Source: Candidatus Uhrbacteria bacterium RIFCSPHIGHO2_02_FULL_46_47 (GTDB taxonomy: Bacteria > Patescibacteriota > Patescibacteriia > GWA2-47-26). Taken from it: a DNA stretch of 64,000 bases. Position numbers and translations under genes: made by a program. Shown here piece by piece: positions 57,706 through 64,000 of the stretch (within the stretch, counting starts at the first letter, position 1; every line of letters begins with the position of its first letter). Below the pieces are notes generated by a model. It saw nothing but the letters and a program-made list of their open reading frames with translations, searched no databases and was not told the DNA's origin. The stretch covers positions 788 to 64,787 of the forward strand of contig MGDU01000018.1 of the NCBI GenBank assembly GCA_001790815.1, written 5' to 3'.

Positions 57706-58584
57706 CTAAATAGTCATTGATTGCGTCCTTTTTAATTTATCAATGTCTTTCTGCAAAATTTGATTTGCTAGTTTATGGCCATCTTCAGTGCTATTTAACG
57801 CAAGGCCGAATAATTTCACTAATGTATGGTTGTGTGAATAATCTATCCAACCACTGGTTAACGATTCAAAATACGGCAAAGCATTTTTAGTGTGTGTCCA
57901 TAATCCTCTTTGCAATGCGTTCGCTGATGCTCCTCCATATCTTACTTCACATATGTACCCGCCATTATCATTTACGAACATAAAGATAGGGTGTGATCTA
58001 CCTTTACCGGATACCACTTTTTGAGTTTCGAAATTAAATCTTTTATTGACTCCAATATAGACAATTCTTTTTGTCTCGTTAATTGCTTTATTATGATCAA
58101 AAATCATGATATTGCATCGCTGGTTTGTCTCATTATATATAAGAGGTAGTATATTAATGGCACCAAAATTCGCAAATGCCACCGAACTGAAAATAGATTT
58201 TATAATCTTTAAATCGGAAGTGTCTTTCCCCTGTTTTTCAAGAAAGGGGAACATTTTTTGATCGCTATCCGTTGATAATTGAAGTGGGCCGTCACCATAC
58301 GTTTTCAAACTGACAGGAAATTTTTCTTTTGTTATTTCATTGATGATCATTATATCCTCCTCATGTTCTTTTGCGCGAAATAAATCTTTACCTACATGAA
58401 TACTTTTAAAGTCGTACATGAATTGATTAACAAACTCAACCATTCCAATTTCCGCTAAATCACCGTGTGTTTTATTGCCAATAAGGCGCATTGTGAAAAT
58501 ATTGGACAGAGTATTAACAATGAGGGATTTGTTTTTACTGGCCAATAACTTAAATCTTTTTTTAAAATTTTCGAATTGAGTCAT
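57706..58584 (-). CDS. candidate type II restriction endonuclease partner of the Dam-family MTase (DpnII/MboI-like is plausible)
   Basis: Adjacent, co-oriented, same AT-rich composition, 1-nt gap to the MTase; family not verifiable here. Confidence 0.55.
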   Translation of the reverse strand: MTQFENFKKRFKLLASKNKSLIVNTLSNIFTMRLIGNKTHGDLAEIGMVEFVNQFMYDFKSIHVGKDLFRAKEHEEDIMIINEITKEKFPVSLKTYGDGPLQLSTDSDQKMFPFLEKQGKDTSDLKIIKSIFSSVAFANFGAINILPLIYNETNQRCNIMIFDHNKAINETKRIVYIGVNKRFNFETQKVVSGKGRSHPIFMFVNDNGGYICEVRYGGASANALQRGLWTHTKNALPYFESLTSGWIDYSHNHTLVKLFGLALNSTEDGHKLANQILQKDIDKLKRTQSMTI

Positions 58585-58589
58585 AGCTA

Positions 58590-59360
58590 CTAGGTAAGAT
58601 TGAGTATTTTGCTAATTTCGTGCGTTAAATAAATATAGGCCTTGGCGCCTTTACTTTTGGAGGCGTGTTCAAAAATAGTCTTGCCTTGCGCCGGAGCTTC
58701 GGCCAGTTTTACCGTGCGCGGTACCACCACCCGAAAAATTTTGCGCGGAAAGTACCGATACAGTTCAGAAAGAACTTCAGCAGAAAGTTTTTGATTGCCA
58801 GCGTACATGGTAATTAGCGCACCTAACACCATAAGGTTTGGATTCAAATTTTGCTGAACAAGTTGAATCACTGAAATGAGCTGGCCAACGCCTTCAAGCG
58901 CAAAATATTCTGCCTGCACTGGAATCAGCACAGAATCTGCGGCCACAAGCGCGTTTATCACAAAAAGGCCAAGCGAGGGCGGACAATCAATTAAAATATA
59001 ATCATATGAATTGCGAACTTGTGCCAATGCTTCTTTAAGTTTGAACTCACGCCTCTCTGCAGTGACCAATTCCACAGTTGCCCCTGCCAAATCCATAGTG
59101 GCCGGCGCGAGCGAAAGCCGATTAATGCGCGTTGGCACCACAATTGCGGCAAATGGCGCGCGACCAACCAGCGCGTCATACACGCTGGTTTTTAAAATCG
59201 CGCGATTAATTCCTAATCCAGCAGTCGCATTGGCTTGCGGATCAAAATCAACAATTAGCACTGATGATCCCAGCACAGCCAATTGTGCGCCAAGATTAAT
59301 TGTAGTCGTGGTTTTTCCCACGCCACCTTTTTGATTGACAATAGCGATCACTTGTGCCAT
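58590..59360 (-). CDS. parA: ParA/Soj partition ATPase (start at internal Met MAQVIAIVNQKGGVGKTT…)
   Basis: Deviant Walker A KGGVGKTT. Confidence 0.92.
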   Translation of the reverse strand: MAQVIAIVNQKGGVGKTTTTINLGAQLAVLGSSVLIVDFDPQANATAGLGINRAILKTSVYDALVGRAPFAAIVVPTRINRLSLAPATMDLAGATVELVTAERREFKLKEALAQVRNSYDYILIDCPPSLGLFVINALVAADSVLIPVQAEYFALEGVGQLISVIQLVQQNLNPNLMVLGALITMYAGNQKLSAEVLSELYRYFPRKIFRVVVPRTVKLAEAPAQGKTIFEHASKSKGAKAYIYLTHEISKILNLT

Positions 59361-59465
59361 AATAGTATTCAAGTGTATCACGAAATGCAACAAAGCACAA
59401 CGTGCCGGGATGGTGGAACTGCTAGACACACAGGACTCACCTTGCACCACGTTGGGTGCATGGTG

Positions 59466-59500
59466 CCCTGCACTCCACGTAGTGCAGGGCAAAATCGTAT
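59466..59500. repeat. palindrome-containing element copy 1 (ccctgcactccacgtagtgcagggcaaaatcgtatg)
   Basis: Near-identical copy at 59893..59930. Confidence 0.7.
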
Positions 59501-59517
59501 GCCACAAAAATAAATAT

Positions 59518-59766
59518 ATGCACTACGTTTATATCTTGCTCCTATCAAACAAACAGCTCTATACGGGGCGAACAGATGACCTGCGTCGCCGGTTTCAAGA
59601 ACATAAGGATGGCAAAGTTGCGGCGACCAGATACAGACGCCCACTTAAACTTGTATTCTACGAAACGTTCCTCTCAAAAGAAGATGCTATACGAAGGGAG
59701 CGATACTTGAAAACGAGCAAAGGTAAGAGTACACTCAAAATGATGTTAAGAGATTCATTGAAATAA
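59518..59766 (+). CDS. small GIY-YIG nuclease-family protein (UPF0213-like, 82 aa)
   Basis: MHYVYILLLSNKQLYTGRTDDLRRRFQEH…ETFLSKEDAIRRERYLKTSKGK…; internal Met of the track ORF. Confidence 0.8.
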   Translation: MHYVYILLLSNKQLYTGRTDDLRRRFQEHKDGKVAATRYRRPLKLVFYETFLSKEDAIRRERYLKTSKGKSTLKMMLRDSLK

Positions 59767-59771
59767 TATAC

Positions 59772-59855
59772 GCCGGCGTGGCGGAATTGGCAGACGCGCT
59801 GGACTCAAAATCCAGTGGTAGCAATACCGTATCGGTTCGACTCCGATCGCCGGCA
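59772..59855 (+). tRNA. tRNA-Leu (anticodon CAA), long variable arm, no encoded CCA
   Basis: GCCGGCGTGGCGGAATTGGCAGACGCGCTGGACTCAAAATCCAG…GGTTCGACTCCGATCGCCGGCA. Confidence 0.85.
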
Positions 59856-59892
59856 TTAAGACTCACCCTAAACCACGTAGGGTTTAGGGTAC

Positions 59893-59930
59893 CCTGCACT
59901 CTACGTAGTGCAGGGCAAAATCGTATGACC
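59893..59930. repeat. palindrome-containing element copy 2 (ccctgcactctacgtagtgcagggcaaaatcgtatg)
   Basis: Read directly. Confidence 0.7.
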
Positions 59931-59975
59931 GCAAGGTCGTGAGAGTTCGAATCTCTCCCCGGGCATTGACATTAT
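59931..59975 (+). other. orphan tRNA-like 3' half (GAGAG-TTCGAAT-CTCTC T-arm plus CCCGGGC-A acceptor strand) with no matching 5' half
   Basis: Read directly; no GCCCGGG 5' strand found nearby. Confidence 0.25.
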
Positions 59976-60004
59976 TTGCGTAAGAGCGCATAATTAAGGC
60001 TCAT

Positions 60005-60081
60005 AGCGGGGTGGAGCAGCCTGGAAGCTCGCCGGGCCCATAACCCGGAGGTCACTGGTTCAAATCCAGTCCCCGCAACCA
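60005..60081 (+). tRNA. initiator tRNA-fMet (anticodon CAT). It has a 1:72 mismatch, A11:U24, three G:C pairs at the base of the anticodon stem, and an encoded CCA
   Basis: AGCGGGGTGGAGCAGCCTGGAAGCTCGCCGGGCCCATAACCCGGAGGTCACTGGTTCAAATCCAGTCCCCGCAACCA. Confidence 0.85.
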
Positions 60082-60097
60082 TCAGAGCTCCACGAAA

Positions 60098-61168
60098 GTG
60101 GAGTTTTGTTGTAAACTATATCTCATGAATCTATTTTTTGACTCAATCATTATTTTATATCTTATCGCCGCGCTTACCTTTGCCGTAGCGATTTTTTGTG
60201 ACCGCAAAGTGCCTAATAAATGGGAATACAAGCATCCTCGCATTACTCTCGCTGTTTTCATATTTTTATGTTCTAGTGCTCTCGTGGTCTTCTGGGGCTC
60301 ATTTATTGAACCGCGAATTATTACAATCAATCGCGTTTCCATTGACTTGCCCAATTTTGAGCCAACCCAACCGGTTCGCGTCGCGCTTATTTCCGATGTC
60401 CATGTTGGCACTTATAAAAAAGACGGCTGGGTGCGCCGCGTGTCCAACCGCATCATAACCGAACATCCTGACCTTGTACTTATGGCCGGGGATATGATTG
60501 TGGACAAACCTGAACATGCGCAATATCTTTCTGGCTTCCGACTACTGACTACTGACTACCCCGTCTATGCCGTACTTGGCGATCATGATTATCATGTTAG
60601 AAAAAACCCCCGTTTCTCAATTGAAGAATCCACTGCGCAAGTCGTGAATGATACGCTTACCTCCGCCGGCATGCACGTACTGCGCAATGAAGCAAGAGAA
60701 ATAAACATTGGTTGTACAGGGCTTAGCCCTGGGCGTGAAAGGACTAAGCCCTGCAACTTTTGGCTTGTCGGTCTTGATGATTGGCTTGCCGGAAAAACTG
60801 ACTTTGCAACTGCCGTTTCGGTGACTAAACCACCAATCAATGGTAACTTAGTCACCACACCCTTTATCATTCTTGTGCACAATCCCGATTTTATTCTTGA
60901 TCCGCAATCAAAAAATGCCGATCTCATCTTAAGCGGCAATACTCACGGCGGACAAATTCGTATTCCACTGCTTGGACCTGCTCCGCGCCTTCCCTCAGAA
61001 CTTCCTCGAAGCTTTGACGAGGGATTATTTAATTTGCAATATACGGAGGCCTTGCCTCCGGAAAATCGGAGGCAAGGCCTCTTATTTATCACCTCCGGCA
61101 TTTCCGAGTCCGGCCCGCGCGCGCGCCTTTTCAATCCTCCCGAAATCGTTCTTTTAGAACTCCGCTAA
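60098..61168 (+). CDS. membrane-anchored metallophosphoesterase (calcineurin-like)
   Basis: …RVALISDVHVG…LVLMAGDMI…GNTHGG…. Confidence 0.85.
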   Translation: MEFCCKLYLMNLFFDSIIILYLIAALTFAVAIFCDRKVPNKWEYKHPRITLAVFIFLCSSALVVFWGSFIEPRIITINRVSIDLPNFEPTQPVRVALISDVHVGTYKKDGWVRRVSNRIITEHPDLVLMAGDMIVDKPEHAQYLSGFRLLTTDYPVYAVLGDHDYHVRKNPRFSIEESTAQVVNDTLTSAGMHVLRNEAREINIGCTGLSPGRERTKPCNFWLVGLDDWLAGKTDFATAVSVTKPPINGNLVTTPFIILVHNPDFILDPQSKNADLILSGNTHGGQIRIPLLGPAPRLPSELPRSFDEGLFNLQYTEALPPENRRQGLLFITSGISESGPRARLFNPPEIVLLELR

Positions 61169-61443
61169 TATTTTATCTTCCCCTCCCTATCCCCAATTTT
61201 TTGCCCGCATTGCTGACGGACGGGCACAAATCTTTTTGGGGCGGCTCTCTTTACAAAATCCACCACAAATGCTAAGGTATTGTATTCCTTGGAAAATCTC
61301 AAGGAGTGTGAAAAATAGTTTTTTGACAACCTGAAAGCACGGTGGCTCGGTGTAATGTGCAGGGATTACCCTGATCTATGCCGCGCTTACCCACAGCATT
61401 CTCTGTCACGTTCCAAGGAACACAACGAGGAAGGAAGAGACCG

Positions 61444-62766
61444 ATGAAAAAAGTGTATGCAGTTGATTTGCTCAACCGCACTTCAAGTGGTATGCGGGTT
61501 GAGCTTTACGGCTGGGTGAAAACTCGCCGCAGACATAATCACGTCGTCTTCTTGGACATCTGCGATTCCACAGGGACGGTTCAAAGCGTGGTTGATGAGA
61601 CCAATAAAGAACTGTTCGAACTGGCAAAGCGGATCAATCAGGAAACGGCAGTAAAGGTTGCTGGAATCCTCACGGAGACCGGGCGACCGAATCCGCCAAA
61701 GGAAATCCGTGTTCGGGAGATCAAAATCGTCGGCGTTGCCACAATCAATGTCTCACCGTATCCGCGATCGGACATTGATATCTTGGACCCAAAACTCCAA
61801 AAGCAACTCCTGGACAAACGGCACTTCTACCTTCGAAATGAAAAGATCGCAGCGATTCTGAAGTTCCGTCATGTCCTCACGCGTATTGTGCATCAGTGGT
61901 TCCATGAAAATGGGTTCATTGAGATTCATGCTCCCGTGCTCACACCGACGCCGCTCTACGATGACCGTTCGGCGATGGCGCTCAAAGTGCATGGGCAAGA
62001 TGTATTCCTAACACAATGTGTCGGGTTCTATCTCGAACAGGCAGTCCATGCCTTCGAGAAGATCTACAATATCGGTCCCAGCTTTCGAGCCGAAGAAAGT
62101 CGCTCCAAGAGACACCTCATGGAATACTGGCACATCAAAGCCGAATTGGCGTTCGTGGATTTCGAGGACATGGTCGCAACGGTAGAGCGGTTCATCCAAG
62201 ATGTAAGCAAGCAAAGCATCCATGAAGGACGTGAGCTTGCACATATCATCGGCACCGAAATGTGCGACGACGGGCTGAAAATTCCGTTTCTGCGCATTGG
62301 CTACGACGAAGCAGTTGAGTGGCTGAAGGCGCAGGGTTCCGACATGGAATTCGGCAAGAGCTTGGGTTCCAATGACGAATCTTTGCTCAGTAGCCGGTTC
62401 GGCAATACCCCATTCTGGGTCGTTGGCATTCCGCGATCCATCGAACCCTTTCCGTACGTGATTGATTCAGCTGATCCGCGTCGCACAAAGACAGCTGATT
62501 TGATTGCAAGCCGAGGGTTCGGCGAACTTCTCGGTATCGCTGAGAAGATTCACGTTCTGTCAATGCTCGATGAGAGATTGACGGAGAAAGGCAAAGCCGG
62601 TGATACCCGCTACGAATGGGTGCGGGAGCTTCGTCAGTACGGCTGTGTGCCGCACGGAGGGTTCGGCATGGGGCTGGAGCGGTTCATCCGTTGGCTCCTG
62701 CAGATTCCGCATGTGCGGGACACCATTCCCTTCCACCGAGCGTTCGGTAGGAGGATCGATCCATGA
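61444..62766 (+). CDS. asnS: asparaginyl-tRNA synthetase (class IIb)
   Basis: FRAEESRSKRHLMEYWHIKAELAF; HGGFGMGLERF…IRDTIPFHR; start at internal Met with an AGGAAG SD. Confidence 0.85.
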   Translation: MKKVYAVDLLNRTSSGMRVELYGWVKTRRRHNHVVFLDICDSTGTVQSVVDETNKELFELAKRINQETAVKVAGILTETGRPNPPKEIRVREIKIVGVATINVSPYPRSDIDILDPKLQKQLLDKRHFYLRNEKIAAILKFRHVLTRIVHQWFHENGFIEIHAPVLTPTPLYDDRSAMALKVHGQDVFLTQCVGFYLEQAVHAFEKIYNIGPSFRAEESRSKRHLMEYWHIKAELAFVDFEDMVATVERFIQDVSKQSIHEGRELAHIIGTEMCDDGLKIPFLRIGYDEAVEWLKAQGSDMEFGKSLGSNDESLLSSRFGNTPFWVVGIPRSIEPFPYVIDSADPRRTKTADLIASRGFGELLGIAEKIHVLSMLDERLTEKGKAGDTRYEWVRELRQYGCVPHGGFGMGLERFIRWLLQIPHVRDTIPFHRAFGRRIDP

Positions 62767-62821
62767 ATGCCACATACACCAAGCCAATCAGGCAAGGCAC
62801 CACCACTGAAAGGAGAAGGAA

Positions 62822-64000
62822 ATGGAACGATCGTTGATCAAAGAACTCGGGTCCAAGAACGGCGAAACCGTTCGGATCTGCGGATGGCTCGAAACGCTTC
62901 GCGATCAAAAAAAGGTACAATTCGTCATCGTGCGCGACCACACCGGCAGAGTCCAGGTCGTGCGCGAGAAGAAGCAAGACTCACTCAGCGCCCTCATCTC
63001 CACGCTCACGGCGGAATCCGCCGTGGAGGTGACCGGCACGGTCGTCGCCAACGAGAAGGTCAAGCTCGGCGGCATCGAGATCGTACTCGATGATCTCAAA
63101 GTCAGCAACGCGGCTCCTCCGATGCTCCCCATCACGGAGGAATCCGGCCTCGACCTGCGACTCGACTGGCGCTTCCTAGACCTGCGCCGTCCTGCCAACC
63201 ATCTGATCTTCCAGGTACAGACGGCAGCGGAGCATGCCATGCGCGAGTACTGGATTAAGGAGGGGTTCATCGAGATCCACTCGCCGAAGTTCATGGGCAG
63301 TGCCAGTGAGTCCGGCGCGGAGCTCTTCCGCGTCGAGTACTTCGGTGGCCACGCCTACCTCGCTCAGTCGCCGCAGTTCTACAAGCAGATGGCGATGGCA
63401 GCGGGCTTCGATCGCGTGTTCGAGATCGGACCGGTGTTCCGTGCAAATCCGTCGTTCACATCCCGCCACGACACGGAGTTCACCAGCGTGGACGTGGAGA
63501 TCTCGTGGGTCGAGTCGCACGACGATGTCATGAAGTTCGAGGAGCGGTGGCTGCAGTACGTGCTCCAGTCCCTCCGGGACAAGCTCGGCGAGGTCATCAC
63601 CAAGCACTTCGGTGTCGAGGTGACTATTCCCACGGTGCCGTTCCCGCGAATCAGCATGACCGAGGCCTATGCGATCCTCGCGCAACGCGGTCACGTCCTC
63701 TCCGCCGAGACCAAGGGCGACCTTGACCCGGAGGGAGAGCGTCAGCTCTGCGCTCACATCAAGGAGCAGACGGGTCACGACTTCGTGTTCGTGACGGACT
63801 ATCCCATCTCCGTGCGTCCTTTCTACCACATGCGCCACGCGGACAATCCCGCCATCACCAAGAGCTTCGACCTTCTCTGGAAGGGGCTCGAAGTAACGAC
63901 GGGTGCTCAGCGCGAGCATCGGTACGACATCCTCACGCAGCAGGCGAAGGAGAAAGGACTCACTCCCGAGCCGATCAAGCACTACCTGGACTGCTTCCGC
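62822..64000 (+). CDS. aspS: aspartyl-tRNA synthetase, archaeal/non-discriminating type (5' partial at the window end); GC-rich (about 62%) with an SD
   Basis: MERSLIKELG…RFLDLRRP…GPVFRANPSFTSRHDTEFTSVD…HYLDCFR; not in the ORF track because it has no stop codon. Confidence 0.85.
   Translation, partial: MERSLIKELGSKNGETVRICGWLETLRDQKKVQFVIVRDHTGRVQVVREKKQDSLSALISTLTAESAVEVTGTVVANEKVKLGGIEIVLDDLKVSNAAPPMLPITEESGLDLRLDWRFLDLRRPANHLIFQVQTAAEHAMREYWIKEGFIEIHSPKFMGSASESGAELFRVEYFGGHAYLAQSPQFYKQMAMAAGFDRVFEIGPVFRANPSFTSRHDTEFTSVDVEISWVESHDDVMKFEERWLQYVLQSLRDKLGEVITKHFGVEVTIPTVPFPRISMTEAYAILAQRGHVLSAETKGDLDPEGERQLCAHIKEQTGHDFVFVTDYPISVRPFYHMRHADNPAITKSFDLLWKGLEVTTGAQREHRYDILTQQAKEKGLTPEPIKHYLDCFR

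Noticed and set aside
59466-59500. Palindrome ccctgcactccacgtagtgcaggg upstream of parA considered as parS
   Set aside because: It does not match the conserved tGTTtCACGTGAAACa parS consensus. It is duplicated beside a tRNA cluster, so it is more consistent with a repeat element.
61170-61440. T-box leader upstream of asnS
   Set aside because: No AATTAGGGTGGTACCGCG-like T-box sequence or specifier-loop architecture could be recognised.

Overview
The window is a 64-kb chromosomal segment of a bacterium with about 47-50% GC. Native genes mostly lack Shine-Dalgarno (SD) sequences and several tRNAs carry an encoded CCA, so it plausibly belongs to a small-genome lineage such as the candidate phyla radiation (CPR)/Patescibacteria; that placement is inference. 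The housekeeping backbone is clear. On the minus strand: rplT-rpmI-infC, tmRNA (ssrA) with smpB, pyruvate kinase, an HtrA-like protease, cobO/btuR next to a B12-dependent class II ribonucleotide reductase (nrdJ), ftsA-ftsZ, dgkA, ybeY, yqeY, rpsU, hisS and lepB. On the plus strand: tRNA-Val, an LCP protein, der, pth, dprA, topA, rel, then parB-[R-M]-parA, a tRNA-Leu/tRNA-fMet cluster, a metallophosphoesterase, asnS and a partial aspS.

The most striking feature is a set of palindromic mini-elements inserted in-frame into essential genes, in the manner of Rickettsia palindromic elements (RPEs). There are at least three families. The largest (at least 12 copies) has the form ccctcaccc..ccctctccc-NNNN-gggagaggg..gggtgaggg and adds 'PLPKGEG / SPLGRGEGEG' peptides to htrA, cobO, ybeY, the LCP protein, dprA, parB and a thrombospondin type 3 (TSP3)-repeat protein. 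A second family (gaagctgagctt/aagctcagcttc) sits in pyk and twice in der. A third is built from tandem 'gttatgagt' units and sits in pyk.

Other notable content:
- Gene boundaries carry hairpins built from locus-specific tandem 6-9-nt units; two of these enclose four-helix-bundle (23S rRNA intervening-sequence (IVS)-type) protein genes as cassettes, one between ybeY and dgkA and one after topA.
- An AT-rich type II R-M pair (Dam-family N6A methyltransferase plus a restriction endonuclease) is inserted between parA and parB.
- A 4675-aa Cys-repeat/IPT surface protein lies next to a 708-aa paralog; both share a TrbC/VirB2-like two-helix N-terminal anchor.
- There are several GC-rich, SD-bearing horizontally acquired islets. 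These include a MopE-like Cys-rich lipoprotein, a two-gene island bounded by direct repeats, and two small membrane-protein pairs.
- A DUF4258/DUF2283 toxin-antitoxin (TA)-like pair is present.
- A three-gene operon at the left edge ends in a candidate clan-CD (caspase/CHAT-like) peptidase.
- Several candidate small RNAs and operators are noted.

No rRNA, CRISPR array or transposase was found.
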